Positions 21,629 through 33,261 of a DNA stretch of 64,000 bases are shown in pieces (position 1 is the stretch's first letter; each line of letters opens with the position of its first letter). The DNA is taken from contig JAPTTX010000025.1 of NCBI GenBank assembly GCA_028068195.1, positions 1,799 through 65,798 on the forward strand. The letters run 5' to 3'. Source of the stretch: Gammaproteobacteria bacterium (GTDB lineage: Bacteria > Pseudomonadota > Gammaproteobacteria > Acidiferrobacterales > UBA6901). The notes under the pieces are model-generated. The model was given only the letters and a program-made list of their open reading frames with translations. It was not told the origin of the DNA and made no database searches. A program made the position numbers and the translations under genes.

Positions 21629-22582
21629 TCAGCGATCCCGGCCGCGCTTGGGCTCGAACCGGCTGACATAGTCCTCGAGTTCCCTGATGGCCGCATCAAG
21701 CGGCTTTTCGTTGTCGTCAGCGGATGATCCAGCCTTCCGGGGCCGCCGCCTGCGATCGACGTTCCTGCGACAGACATCGCTCCACATCGCCTCGTGAGAG
21801 GTTTCCGATATGTTGACGGGCTGCAGCGGCAATTCTGTGGTCAGATTTTCCTCCCAGCGCAGGCCGATCGCACTGAGATTGTCGCAGGTTTTTTTCATTC
21901 TGTTCTCGGCCGCGAGCAGCATTTCCTCGATACCCTCATCCAGAGACCTGAACCCGATAAAGCGGGCAAGTTCGGCTGGATTCAGAGCCTGCCACAGGCC
22001 ATCGGAGCAGAGCAGCAGCGTATCGCCGTGATTGAGCGCTGTTTCATCTCCCAGGCTGATCGTGGGTCGGCGCGGACCTCCCACGCATTTCAGCAGATGC
22101 CCCTTCTCCGGGTGCAATCCCATTTCGTCTTCGCTTAGCAGTCCGTCGAGACGCATCTGTTCGGTGGTGCTGTGGTCAAAGGTACGCTGCACCAGGGTGT
22201 TGTCGTGGAAGTGGTAAAGGCGGCTGTCGCCGACGTGTGCCCAGTAGGCATAGCCGTGCTGTACCAGACATACGACGCAGGTCGTGCGTGGGGAGATGGG
22301 TGGGACATGGGCACGCCCGTTCTTGGTGATCGCCTTGTGAGCCTGCATGATTGCGAGCGCAAGAAAGGCAGACGGCCGGTCGATGACGGGTTGTCTGACC
22401 GATTCGAACGCGCGCACGATGGCCTGTGTGAGGGTCTCTGCCGCAAGCGCTCCGCCTTCATAGCCCCCAAGTCCATCAGCCAGAACCAACAAGACCGCGT
22501 TGTCCCGCTCGGCATAGGCGATACGGTCCTGATTTGTCGGGCGCGATCCCCTAAGGCTGTGATGGGCCAGCTGGTAACGCAT
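21629..22582 (-). CDS. PP2C-family Ser/Thr protein phosphatase
   Basis: RPTNQD, LADGLGG, HVGDSR, CSDGLW, DNLS motifs. Confidence 0.93.
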   Translation of the reverse strand: MRYQLAHHSLRGSRPTNQDRIAYAERDNAVLLVLADGLGGYEGGALAAETLTQAIVRAFESVRQPVIDRPSAFLALAIMQAHKAITKNGRAHVPPISPRTTCVVCLVQHGYAYWAHVGDSRLYHFHDNTLVQRTFDHSTTEQMRLDGLLSEDEMGLHPEKGHLLKCVGGPRRPTISLGDETALNHGDTLLLCSDGLWQALNPAELARFIGFRSLDEGIEEMLLAAENRMKKTCDNLSAIGLRWEENLTTELPLQPVNISETSHEAMWSDVCRRNVDRRRRPRKAGSSADDNEKPLDAAIRELEDYVSRFEPKRGRDR

Positions 22583-22587
22583 CGCCG

Positions 22588-23526
22588 CTAGCCCCTCTTC
22601 CAAGGTAGACGGAACGACCAGAAGGTGTCGGCCGGGTCGGACTCGGGATCGGCATTATTCAGCGGGTTCAGGACGTCCAGCAGCTCCTGGGCGTTTTGGG
22701 GACGTTCCAGCTGGTTCAGCTCCAGGCACCAGTCGATTGCTTCCAGCAACTGGTGGGTATAGAGGCGGGGGAATGAGCGTACAGCCGGCTTGTACGTGTC
22801 CTTGATCGCCCGCTGGGTCGATGCCGGCGGAGCCCTGCCGCTGATGCATGCCCACATGGAAGCCCCGATCGCGTACATGTCGGTCCACGGACCCAAATGT
22901 CCGCCCATGTGCTGCTCGATGGGTGCATAACCCACGGTCAGGGTCTGCGGCCCGCTCGGCTTGCTGCCCGCCACCGACGCGCGTGCCGCCCCGAAATCCA
23001 GCAGCAGCGGCTTGCCGCCGGGGCGCAGGAAGATGTTTGCCGGTTTGATGTCCAAGTGCAGGAGCCGGTTATCGTGAAGCTCCCGCGTTCCAAGCAGCAA
23101 TTGCGGGAAAACGGTGCGAATGAACCGCTCGCTGAGTTTCCCGGACTTGTGCTTGATGTACCAGCGCAGGTCCTTGCCATGCTCGTACCGCATAACCATG
23201 TAGACGGTGTTGTTGGCCCGGAATAAGTCCTCGACGCGCAGGATGTTCGGGTGGTTCACTCTGGACAGAGCGCTCGCCTCGTCAAAGAACCGTTTGATGC
23301 CCTGACGATAGGAGCCTGCCAGGCTCTCCGACAGTGGTTCCACCCGGGAATCGTCTACGCGCCTGGCCTGGGTGCTGGGCAGATACTCCTTTATCGCGAC
23401 ACGCCGGTCTTCGGCCAACAGGGTGGCCAGGTAGACGAGGCTGAATCCGCCGCCGCCGATGGTTTTTTCAATGCGGTAGCCGTTCAGGACGTACCCTCTT
23501 GCGAGGGTATTTTTGAATCTCTTCAT
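22588..23526 (-). CDS. Hanks-type Ser/Thr protein kinase (soluble)
   Basis: GGGGFSLVY, AIKE, HLDIKPAN, DFG, APIE; no TM segment. Confidence 0.93.
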   Translation of the reverse strand: MKRFKNTLARGYVLNGYRIEKTIGGGGFSLVYLATLLAEDRRVAIKEYLPSTQARRVDDSRVEPLSESLAGSYRQGIKRFFDEASALSRVNHPNILRVEDLFRANNTVYMVMRYEHGKDLRWYIKHKSGKLSERFIRTVFPQLLLGTRELHDNRLLHLDIKPANIFLRPGGKPLLLDFGAARASVAGSKPSGPQTLTVGYAPIEQHMGGHLGPWTDMYAIGASMWACISGRAPPASTQRAIKDTYKPAVRSFPRLYTHQLLEAIDWCLELNQLERPQNAQELLDVLNPLNNADPESDPADTFWSFRLPWKRG

Positions 23527-23679
23527 CTTGATTTTCCGGGACTTGGCTCAGCCTTGGTGTCTGGTGCTGCATCCGAAAGCGGCCTGTCTGAGTTCTAATA
23601 TAGTCGCTCCGGCGGTGGACGGTAGCGGGGCTGCCAGTTAACATCCCCCTCCAACTTGCAATAGGGGTATCTGACCGCC

Positions 23680-24555
23680 ATGGCGCTGAGCATGACCGCG
23701 TATGCCCGCTGCGACCAGGACACGCAGTGGGGCAATCTCGTCTGGGAGCTGCGATCGGTGAATCATCGCTATCTGGAAGTTGCGGTACGTCTGCCGGAGG
23801 AGCTGCGGGCACTCGAGCCCCAAGTGCGGGAGTGCCTCGGCAAGCGCCTGGGCCGGGGCAAGGTGGATTGCATTCTGCGGTTTCAGGCGCAAGAGAGCTT
23901 GGCTGAACTTGCTCCGGATGAAGCCCTGGTCTCCAAGCTGATTGGCGTAGGGCGCAAACTGGAGTGTATCGCGCAGGATAACGGCGGCATCATCCAGCCG
24001 TTGCGAGCGATTGACGTACTGCGTTGGCCCGGGGCGCTGCGGGGCGCAGGGCTTGATACCGAGGCGCTTGGCAACGAGAGCCTGCGCCTGCTCGAGCGTA
24101 CCGTCGGCGAGCTGCTTGATACCCGTGCGCGTGAAGGCGCGCATCTCGCGGGCGTAATCCGGCAGAAGCTCGATACGATGGAGAGAATCCTCCAGACTGT
24201 GCGGAGCTGGTTGCCGGAGGTGATTCAAAAGTACCGGGAGCGCCTGACGGGGCGCCTGGCCGACCTGCGCAAGGAACTTGATGCCGCGCGCGTCGAGCAA
24301 GAAATCGTCCTGTTTGCGCAGCGGATCGATGTCGACGAGGAGCTTGACCGGATCTCCGCGCACCTGACCGAAGCGCGTCGGGTATTGGATCAGGAGGGGC
24401 AGATCGGACGGCGGCTGGATTTCCTGATGCAGGAATTCAACCGCGAAGCCAATACGCTCGGGTCGAAGGCGGCAGACACGCGCCTTACCAACGCTGCGGT
24501 GGATCTGAAGGTGCTCATTGAGCAGATGCGCGAGCAGGTCCAGAATATCGAATAG
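23680..24555 (+). CDS. yicC: YicC/YloC family endoribonuclease
   Basis: SMTAY, ELRSVNHRYLE, GRRLDFLMQEFNREANTLGSK, EQVQNIE. Confidence 0.97.
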   Translation: MALSMTAYARCDQDTQWGNLVWELRSVNHRYLEVAVRLPEELRALEPQVRECLGKRLGRGKVDCILRFQAQESLAELAPDEALVSKLIGVGRKLECIAQDNGGIIQPLRAIDVLRWPGALRGAGLDTEALGNESLRLLERTVGELLDTRAREGAHLAGVIRQKLDTMERILQTVRSWLPEVIQKYRERLTGRLADLRKELDAARVEQEIVLFAQRIDVDEELDRISAHLTEARRVLDQEGQIGRRLDFLMQEFNREANTLGSKAADTRLTNAAVDLKVLIEQMREQVQNIE

Positions 24556-24676
24556 GTATTCAGACCCGCCTTGTTATATTTCAATTATAAACCAATAGGA
24601 TGCGCGCTATTTCCACCTCTGGCCGAATGGGTAGGCGGGCATCCCGTGCTCGCGCCCGCCCCTGTCCTCCCTGTAG

Positions 24677-25447
<771 letters not shown>

Positions 25448-25627
25448 AAAAAAACTCAAATTATCAGTAAGATGTCTGTCAGCGCGGTTCCAATCGGCTG
25501 CTTTGGGCCTAGCCGGTCCATTCCGGTTATTCCGGCAACGGTGGCGGGTACCAGTATTCGCAGGGTCCTGCGGCGGTGCGGTGATTTCCCGCGGGACGGA
25601 AGGGCAATTTCATAATCGAGGTGAGGC

Positions 25628-25936
25628 ATGGCCAGAGTTACCGTAGAGGATTGTCTTGAGAACGTGGAGAACCGTTTCCAGCTGGTTCTGGTGGCAACCA
25701 AACGTGCCAGGCAGCTGGCGCTGGGTGCGGAGCCCTGCGTACACCGCGAAAACGACAAACCTACGGTGATTGCGCTGCGCGAGATTGCCGGGGGCTTCGT
25801 CACGAACGCTATCCTGGACGAAAAGGCTCCGGAGGCTGCATACGAACCTGATGACGACACGGCGGGGCAAGTGGCGACGGACGCGGATGCGTCTGCCGCG
25901 CCTGCAGAAAGGGAAGGCGGCGCCAGTTCTTCCTGA
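25628..25936 (+). CDS. rpoZ: RNA polymerase omega subunit
   Basis: MARVTVEDC...NRFQLVL...[10 protein letters not shown]. Confidence 0.97.
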   Translation: MARVTVEDCLENVENRFQLVLVATKRARQLALGAEPCVHRENDKPTVIALREIAGGFVTNAILDEKAPEAAYEPDDDTAGQVATDADASAAPAEREGGASSS

Positions 25937-28073
25937 TCAACCGCATTCGGCGGCGGAGGGCGAGAGGTTCCAGATCGGAGACCTCTGCGTGCTGCTGGAG
26001 TCGTATCTCCCGGCTCCGGAAGTAGCCGATGTCTATCGGGCCTACCTGTTTGGAGCCCAGGCGCACGAGGGCCAGCGCCGCCGCAGCGGCGAACCTTACA
26101 TTTTCCATCCCCTGGAGGTTGCCCGTATCCTGGCGGCCATGCACCTGGACAGCAGGAGCATCATTGCCGCCATCCTGCACGACGTGATTGAGGATACGCC
26201 CACCGCCAAGGAACAGGTCGCCGCAGACTTCGGGAAAGATGTTGCCGAACTTGTCGATGGGGTGAGCAAGATCGGCCAGATCGAGTTCAAGACCAAAGAA
26301 GAGGAGCAGGCAGAGAACTTCCGCAAAATGCTGCTGGCGATGTCGCAGGACATTCGCGTCATCCTCATCAAGCTAGCGGACCGGCTGCACAACATGCGTA
26401 CGCTGGGTGCTCTGCAGCCCGAGCGGCGTCGTGACATCGCACGCGAAACCCTCGACATCTACGCGCCCATTGCCAACCGGCTCGGAATGCACCAGTGGTC
26501 GCACGAACTCGAGGACCTGGGCTTTGCCAATCTCTACCCCCTGCGCTACCGGGTGCTCGCGGAAGCGACACGCAAGCGGCACGGCAACCGCAAGACCCTT
26601 GTCGAAAAAGTCCGCAGCGCGATCCTGAACCAGCTGAAGCGGGAAGGTCTCGTGGCCGAAGTCTCTGGCCGCGAGAAAAATCTGTACAGCATCTACAAGA
26701 AAATGCGCCAGAAGTCGCTTACGTTCGAGCAGGTCTACGACGTATACGCATTCCGGATCATCGTCGACAAGGCGGACAACTGCTACCGGATGCTTGGCAT
26801 CATTCACAACCTGTACAAGCCGATACCCGGACGCTTCAAGGATTACATAGCCATACCCAAGGCCAACGGCTACCAGTCGCTGCATACCGTTGTTTTCGGG
26901 CCATTCGGAGTGTCAATTGAAGTGCAAATCCGTACGGAGGACATGCACCGGGTGGCACAGGCCGGTGTCGCGGCGCATTGGCTCTACAAGAGCGGGGACC
27001 ACAGCGCGCAGGTCCACAAGCATGCGCTGCAATGGCTGAAGGACCTTCTGGAGATCCAGCAGCAGGCGGGAAACCCGAATGAATTCCTGGAGCATTTGAA
27101 AGTCGACCTGTTTCCCGACGAAGTCTATGTATTCACCCCCAACGGCGACATCAGAAAGCTCCCGCGCGGCGCGACCGTCGTCGATTTTGCCTACGACGTC
27201 CATACTGACATTGGCAACCGCTGCGCCGGCGCAAGGATCAACCACGAGCTTGTGCCGCTGCGCACGGCGCTGCGCAACGGTGACCACGTGGAGATCATCA
27301 CCTCCAAGAGAGGCCGTCCGAATCCGATGTGGCTCGATTACGTGGTGACCGGCAAGGCGCGTGCGCACATCCGCGGCTATCTGAAGAATTTACAGCGGGG
27401 CGAATCGGTAAGCCTCGGCGAGCGTCTTCTCAATAAGGCCTTGCAGGAGGCCGGAATCGATGCGGCAACCGTGGATGAAGCGCGCAGGGCGGGGCTTTTG
27501 CGGACCCTGAAGATGCGCAGCTGGGACGATCTTCTGGCCGACATCGGGCTAGGAAACCGCCTGGCGGCCGTGGTTGCCCGCCAGATGCTGCCGACGACGG
27601 CCGAAATCAGGACAACAGCGGAGAAACTTCCCGGTCTGGCGATTCGCGGAACAGAGGGGGTGGTCGTGACGTTTGCGCGCTGCTGCCGCCCCATTCCAGG
27701 CGACCCGATCCTGGGTTTTCTGTCGGCCGGTCGCGGCATCGTCGTGCACACGGAGGACTGCCCGAATGTGGTTAAGTACCGCAAGCATCCTGAGCAATGG
27801 ATCGATGTGCGCTGGGAAAGCAACATAGAATCCGTGTTTCCGGTCAACCTGCGCGTGGAAGTCAAAAACCAGCGTGGCGTTCTCGCCATGGTGGCGGCGG
27901 CGATTGCCGAGATGGACGCGAACGTCGATGCCGTGTCGATCGAGGAGCGGGACGGATTCAATGCCTCCATTGACTTCACCGTCGAAGTGCGCGATCGGGC
28001 CCATCTGGCGCGGATCATTCGCCGCATACGTTCGCAGGAGTCGGTCATACGCATCAATCGAATGAAGGGATAG
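25887..28073 (+). CDS. spoT: Bifunctional (p)ppGpp synthetase/hydrolase SpoT
   Basis: HD hydrolase (LHDVIEDT), [21 protein letters not shown] and ACT domains; start uncertain (nearest in-frame ATG overlaps rpoZ). Confidence 0.95.
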   Translation: MRLPRLQKGKAAPVLPDQPHSAAEGERFQIGDLCVLLESYLPAPEVADVYRAYLFGAQAHEGQRRRSGEPYIFHPLEVARILAAMHLDSRSIIAAILHDVIEDTPTAKEQVAADFGKDVAELVDGVSKIGQIEFKTKEEEQAENFRKMLLAMSQDIRVILIKLADRLHNMRTLGALQPERRRDIARETLDIYAPIANRLGMHQWSHELEDLGFANLYPLRYRVLAEATRKRHGNRKTLVEKVRSAILNQLKREGLVAEVSGREKNLYSIYKKMRQKSLTFEQVYDVYAFRIIVDKADNCYRMLGIIHNLYKPIPGRFKDYIAIPKANGYQSLHTVVFGPFGVSIEVQIRTEDMHRVAQAGVAAHWLYKSGDHSAQVHKHALQWLKDLLEIQQQAGNPNEFLEHLKVDLFPDEVYVFTPNGDIRKLPRGATVVDFAYDVHTDIGNRCAGARINHELVPLRTALRNGDHVEIITSKRGRPNPMWLDYVVTGKARAHIRGYLKNLQRGESVSLGERLLNKALQEAGIDAATVDEARRAGLLRTLKMRSWDDLLADIGLGNRLAAVVARQMLPTTAEIRTTAEKLPGLAIRGTEGVVVTFARCCRPIPGDPILGFLSAGRGIVVHTEDCPNVVKYRKHPEQWIDVRWESNIESVFPVNLRVEVKNQRGVLAMVAAAIAEMDANVDAVSIEERDGFNASIDFTVEVRDRAHLARIIRRIRSQESVIRINRMKG

Positions 28074-28513
28074 CATCCAGACCATTGTCCGGCGGGGTTG
28101 CCGTGGATGCGGATGCAGTCTGCCGTCGCTGCGGTTTTCAATACGGCATGCGGCTGTTGCTTGACGCCTATTCATACAGGTATGTCACAGCTCAATATGA
28201 GCACGCATCATCGCTTCACGGATTTTGCGCAGCGCCTCGGTCGCTCGGCCCAGACCGTGTGCGAGCGGGAGCGCGATGGGAAATCGCAGACCAAACAACG
28301 CCGACCACAACACTGCACGGAGCATGTAGGCGATACTCCGTGACGAGGAGACTGGACGATATGCGCCCATTCAAAAGGTCAGGGGAATTCTGCTGGCGCG
28401 TTCTTCGGCGCAACTGGGCGTCAAGGGGCTTGGACTGGATGCGCAAGCATGTCAACCAAGTGCAGACAAATCCTATGCGCAGGCGTGCGCAAGTGTTTAG
28501 GAGCAGGTGAACA

Positions 28514-28903
28514 ATGAAAAGAGAGTCAATCCAGACCGACGAAGCGCCGCAGGCAATCGGTACGTACTCGCAGGCGGTGCGGGTCGGTTCAACCGTCTAC
28601 ATTTCCGGACAGATCCCGCTGCGTCCCGGCTACGGTGAGCTTGAGACTGGAACTATCCGCGGACAGATCGTTCGTGTGTTTGAGAATCTGGCGGCGGTTG
28701 CCAGGGCCGCCGGCGGCGGACTGGAGCAGATCGTAAAGCTCAACGTCTACCTCACCGATCTCGCCAATTTCCCGGTCGTGAACGAGGTTATGGCCGATTA
28801 TTTCCGCAAGCCTTACCCGGCGCGCGCCGCAGTAGGCGTGGTCGACCTGCCTAAAGGGGCTGCGGTGGAAATAGACGCGATCATGGTCCTCGAGGACCGG
28901 TAG
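28514..28903 (+). CDS. RidA family enamine/imine deaminase
   Basis: [31 protein letters not shown]. Confidence 0.95.
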   Translation: MKRESIQTDEAPQAIGTYSQAVRVGSTVYISGQIPLRPGYGELETGTIRGQIVRVFENLAAVARAAGGGLEQIVKLNVYLTDLANFPVVNEVMADYFRKPYPARAAVGVVDLPKGAAVEIDAIMVLEDR

Positions 28904-28923
28904 CCTCCGCCCCTCCGCGACCG

Positions 28924-30996
28924 ATGGATATCGAGCTGCAGCCAGTCTCGACGCTCCGGGGAGTCGGACCGAAAATCGCTGAGAAGCTCGGGCGACTGGG
29001 CTTGCGCACCGTCCAGGACGTGCTGTTTCATCTGCCGTTTCGCTACCAGGACCGCACACGTCTGACCCCGATCGGCAGCCTGCGGGCCGGCCAGGAGGCG
29101 ATGTTCTGCGGAAATATCGAGCTGGCCGACGTGGTCTACCGAGGTCGGCGCAATCTTCTGTGCCGCGTGGCCGATGGCAGTGGCAGCATTATGCTGCGGT
29201 TCTTCCATTTTTCGGGGATGCAGCACCATTCCCTTCAGCGCGGTGCGCTGTTGCGCTGCTTTGGCGAAGTGCGCAACGGACCGGCAGGCCTGGAACTGGT
29301 GCATCCCGAGTACGAACTTCTGCCGGCGGGCGCATTGCCGCACCCAGAGAGCCGGCTGACGCCGGTGTATCCGGTCACTGAAGGTGTACACCAGCTTTCG
29401 CTGCGCCGGCTCATCGCCGAGGTTCTGGATACGCGCCTGCAGTCGATCCACGAATGGCTGCCGGATGAGGTGCTGGCGATGCTGCAGCTGCCTACGCTCA
29501 GGGAGGCTCTGGACTATGTGCATCGCCCGCCCCCGCAGGCAGCGGTCCACATGTTGGTGCAGGGAATTCATCCGGCACAGCAGCGCTTGGCGTTCGAGGA
29601 ACTGCTGGCTTATTGCTTGAGCCTGCGGAAGCTGCGGGAACGTGTCCGGCGGCATGATGCCCCCGTCATCGATGCCGACGGCCGGCTGCTTGAGACGCTG
29701 CTCGCCCGGCTTCCATTCAAGCTCACCGCCGCGCAGAGCCGGGTAATCGCCGAAATCATGGAAGATTTGCGTCAGGGGCAGCCGATGCAGCGCATGGTCC
29801 AGGGCGACGTCGGGTCGGGCAAGACCCTGGTCGCCGCCGCCGCCGCTCTTTGCGCGGTCGAAAGCGGTTGGCAGGTGGCGATCATGGCTCCTACCGAGCT
29901 CCTGGCGGAGCAGCACTGGCGCAATCTGCGGGATTGGTTTGCGCCAATGAATGTCGAAGTTGCGTGGCTGGCCGGCAGGCACAGTGCCCCTATGCGTCGC
30001 TCGACGTGTGAACTCGTCGCGAGCGGCCGTGCTCCGGTTGTGGTCGGAACCCATGCGTTGTTTCAGCGGGACATAGAATTCAACCGCCTCGGCCTGGTCA
30101 TTGTCGACGAGCAACACCGGTTCGGTGTACACCAGCGTCTTCTGCTTCGCGAAAAAGGTGCCGCAGATGGTCGCTGCCCGCACCAGCTCATCATGACTGC
30201 GACTCCCATTCCCCGAACGCTGGCGCAGTCGGTGTATGCCGACCTCGACGTATCGGTCATTGACGAGCTGCCCGCCGGGCGTCGCCCAGTCGAAACCGCG
30301 GTAATTCCGGACAGCCGGCGGGAATCCGTAGTGCAGCGCGTGCGCAGCGCCTGTCTCGAACGACGCCAGGTATACTGGGTCTGCTCCCTGATCGACGAAT
30401 CCGACGCGCTACAGCTTCAGACTGCAACCGCAACCGAAGCGGCATTGCGGGAGGCCCTGCCGGAACTCAAGATCCGGCTGGTGCATGGCCGCATGAAATC
30501 GGCGGAAAAGGAACAGGTCATGGGCGAATTCAAAAGCGGCGCGATCGATCTGCTCGTGGCTACCACCGTCATCGAAGTCGGTGTGGATGTTCCCAATGCC
30601 AGTCTCATGATCATAGAAAACGCCGAACGCCTTGGACTCTCCCAGCTGCATCAGCTGCGGGGGCGCGTCGGGCGTGGCGCCGTTGCCAGCAGCTGCGTGC
30701 TGATGTACCGGGCACCGCTCTCGATGGCGGCGCGTGAACGCCTGGCAATCATGCGCGCCACAAATGACGGTTTTGAAATCGCGCGCAAGGACCTCGAGAT
30801 GCGGGGGCCTGGTGAGGTTTTGGGAACCCGCCAGGCTGGCGAGCAACAGTTCCATATCGCAGACCTTGTCCGGGACCAATCTGCGCTGCCACAGATTGAA
30901 AAGGTCGCCACGCTCCTGCTGGATCGGTATCCCCAGCATGTGGCGCCCATCGTGCGCCGCTGGCTTGGCGTCCGCGACAGCTATGCCGGGGTATAG
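28924..30996 (+). CDS. recG: ATP-dependent DNA helicase RecG
   Basis: QGDVGSGKT, DEQHRFGV, MTATPIPRTL, QLRGRVGRG. Confidence 0.98.
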   Translation: MDIELQPVSTLRGVGPKIAEKLGRLGLRTVQDVLFHLPFRYQDRTRLTPIGSLRAGQEAMFCGNIELADVVYRGRRNLLCRVADGSGSIMLRFFHFSGMQHHSLQRGALLRCFGEVRNGPAGLELVHPEYELLPAGALPHPESRLTPVYPVTEGVHQLSLRRLIAEVLDTRLQSIHEWLPDEVLAMLQLPTLREALDYVHRPPPQAAVHMLVQGIHPAQQRLAFEELLAYCLSLRKLRERVRRHDAPVIDADGRLLETLLARLPFKLTAAQSRVIAEIMEDLRQGQPMQRMVQGDVGSGKTLVAAAAALCAVESGWQVAIMAPTELLAEQHWRNLRDWFAPMNVEVAWLAGRHSAPMRRSTCELVASGRAPVVVGTHALFQRDIEFNRLGLVIVDEQHRFGVHQRLLLREKGAADGRCPHQLIMTATPIPRTLAQSVYADLDVSVIDELPAGRRPVETAVIPDSRRESVVQRVRSACLERRQVYWVCSLIDESDALQLQTATATEAALREALPELKIRLVHGRMKSAEKEQVMGEFKSGAIDLLVATTVIEVGVDVPNASLMIIENAERLGLSQLHQLRGRVGRGAVASSCVLMYRAPLSMAARERLAIMRATNDGFEIARKDLEMRGPGEVLGTRQAGEQQFHIADLVRDQSALPQIEKVATLLLDRYPQHVAPIVRRWLGVRDSYAGV

Positions 30997-31120
30997 CGGG
31001 ATCTGGTCCGGAATGCGGCCGGGCGGCATAATGTATGCCATGAACTTTCCGCGTACCGCGGCGGCGGGCCGGATGTCGGCGACATCCTCTGCTGAGGGCG
31101 ATACCTGCGCCAGGCATTGA

Positions 31121-31687
31121 ATGCGCATGACAACGTGTCCGAACGAATCTCCCTGGTGCCGGCGCCACCGCATACGCCTCTCCTCGGTGCCGGCCGAGAT
31201 GCGCGACTGGCTTCTCGATCCGCGGTCGCTCACCGGGAGGCTGCAGGCGGTATGCGCCGGACGGTTCCACGTCGAGGTGGTGGCGCAACGCTGGTCGCAC
31301 CCCCAGACGTGGGAATCGCGGGAGCTTGGGGTGCGGCCCGGACGGAACAGCCTGGTGCGCCAGGTATACCTGTGCTGTGACCATAAGGCCTGGGTATTCG
31401 CGCGTACCGTCATCCCGGCCGCAACGCTTCGTGGCCGGGAGCGGCGGCTCGGGAATCTCAAGGCGCGGCCGCTGGGGGGAGTTCTTTTCGCCAGTCCAAC
31501 CCTGAAGCGCGTGGGTCTGACGATCGAAAGACTCGTGCCCGGAGATGCCCTGTATGGGGCGGCGACCCGGGGCGCCGGAATTGCCCCGCCAGTAATCTGG
31601 GGGCGGCGGTCGCTGTTCCGGATCAACGGCAAGGTCCTCATGGTGAGCGAATATTTTCTTCCGGGAATCCCGCAATGCAAGCAATGA
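31121..31687 (+). CDS. ubiC: Chorismate pyruvate-lyase
   Basis: WLLDPRSLTGRL, WVFARTVIP, RPLG, WGRRSLF, VSEYFLP; start uncertain. Confidence 0.9.
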   Translation: MRMTTCPNESPWCRRHRIRLSSVPAEMRDWLLDPRSLTGRLQAVCAGRFHVEVVAQRWSHPQTWESRELGVRPGRNSLVRQVYLCCDHKAWVFARTVIPAATLRGRERRLGNLKARPLGGVLFASPTLKRVGLTIERLVPGDALYGAATRGAGIAPPVIWGRRSLFRINGKVLMVSEYFLPGIPQCKQ

Positions 31688-32547
31688 CAATGGTGCGTTC
31701 GCGCCTTCGCGAATATGCAATGCTCATGCGTTGGCACCGTCCCATCGGTTCACTGCTGCTGCTCTGGCCGACCCTTTGGGCGGTGTGGACTGCCGGGGCC
31801 GGACGGCCTTCCCCGATGACAGTGATCGTGTTCGTCGCCGGAGTGTTCGTCATGCGTTCCGCGGGCTGCGTTATCAATGATTTTGCCGATCGGAAGTTCG
31901 ATCCGCAGGTAAAGCGCACGCGCGAGCGGCCGCTTGCCGCAGGGCGGGTGACGCCGCGCGAAGCGATCATCCTGTTCGTAGTGCTCTGCATCGCTGGTTT
32001 CGCGTTGGTAATGATGCTGAATGCCCTGACCGTTGCCCTGGCTTTTGTCGGCGCATTCCTGGCTGTCAGTTATCCGTTTACCAAGCGCTACACCAACCTG
32101 CCCCAGTTCTATCTGGGGGTCGCCTTCGGGTGGGGGATTCCCATGGCGTTTGCGGCCGAAACGGGAGGGGTGCCGGCGGCGGGCTGGGTGATGCTGGGCG
32201 CCAATATATTCTGGGCCGTTGCGTATGACACCGAGTACGCGATGGTTGATCGCGACGACGACGTGAAAATCGGAGTGAAATCCACCGCCATTCTATTCGG
32301 ACGCTGGGATCGAGCGCTCGTGGGAGCCTGCCACGCGCTGACGATCGGCTTTCTGGCCTGGGATGGTGTCCTTGTCGGACAGGGATTGTTGTATTATGCA
32401 GGATTGGTCGGCGCTGGCATGTTCGCTGCCTATCAGCAAGTGCTCATCCGGTCGCGCGACCGCGACCGGTGTTTCCGTGCGTTCTTGAACAACAATTACT
32501 TTGGGGCGGCAGTCTACATTGGCGCGCTTCTGGGTTATTACCGCTAG
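31684..32547 (+). CDS. ubiA: 4-hydroxybenzoate polyprenyltransferase
   Basis: RPIGSLLLLWP, GCVINDFADR, YDTEYAMVDRDDD. Confidence 0.96.
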   Translation: MTMVRSRLREYAMLMRWHRPIGSLLLLWPTLWAVWTAGAGRPSPMTVIVFVAGVFVMRSAGCVINDFADRKFDPQVKRTRERPLAAGRVTPREAIILFVVLCIAGFALVMMLNALTVALAFVGAFLAVSYPFTKRYTNLPQFYLGVAFGWGIPMAFAAETGGVPAAGWVMLGANIFWAVAYDTEYAMVDRDDDVKIGVKSTAILFGRWDRALVGACHALTIGFLAWDGVLVGQGLLYYAGLVGAGMFAAYQQVLIRSRDRDRCFRAFLNNNYFGAAVYIGALLGYYR

Positions 32548-32556
32548 GAGGATCCG

Positions 32557-33186
32557 ATGAAACTCTATGGTTCGCTCACATCCCCCTACGTGCGCAAGGT
32601 CCGCGTGTTCCTGAAAGAGAAGGGGATAGCCTGCGACTTTGTCATGGAAGGGCCGTTGGACCCGGCAGGCCATGTGGCCGCACTCAATCCGCTCGGCAAG
32701 GTGCCGGTGCTGGTGCGTGATGACAACGACGTGCTGTTCGATTCTCCCCTGATCATCGAGTTCCTGGACAGCCTGGGCGGGGAGCCCCTGATTCCCCGCG
32801 ACGGCGAAGCGCGCTGGCAGGTTCTGCGCTGGCATGCGCTGGCGCAGGGCATTCTGGACGCAGTCGTGTCGCGGTTGATGGAAGTCCGCCGGGCTCCGGA
32901 AAAGCAGTCACCCGAAATAGTGACGCATCAGGAGGCCAAGGTTATTTCAGCCCTGAAATATGCAGACAGCGCAAAGAAAGGGCTGGCCTATCTTGTAGGC
33001 GATCGCTTCAGTATCGCGGACTTGGCCATGGGAGTTGCGCTTGAATATGTCGACTTCCGTTTTCCGCACGACTGGCGAGACCGGCACCCACGCCTGGCGC
33101 ACTGGCTGGCCGGCATAAGCACTCGCGGCTCGTTCGCCGAGACCATACCGCCGGGGATGGAACGCTCACTAGATGCCCCCCACTAG
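32557..33186 (+). CDS. Glutathione S-transferase family protein
   Basis: SPYVRKV, NPLGKVPVL, DSPLI; AGGAGG RBS. Confidence 0.92.
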   Translation: MKLYGSLTSPYVRKVRVFLKEKGIACDFVMEGPLDPAGHVAALNPLGKVPVLVRDDNDVLFDSPLIIEFLDSLGGEPLIPRDGEARWQVLRWHALAQGILDAVVSRLMEVRRAPEKQSPEIVTHQEAKVISALKYADSAKKGLAYLVGDRFSIADLAMGVALEYVDFRFPHDWRDRHPRLAHWLAGISTRGSFAETIPPGMERSLDAPH

Positions 33187-33261
33187 GCGCTGTACTGGCA
33201 TGACTTCCGGTATGGCCCCCGGCGGCCTGGCGCGATCTTCTGGCGCTCCGAGGCAATACGC

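Noticed and set aside
28813-31737. Minus-strand ORFs (456, 442, 323 aa) opposite recG/ubiC
   Set aside because: Antisense shadows without recognisable motifs
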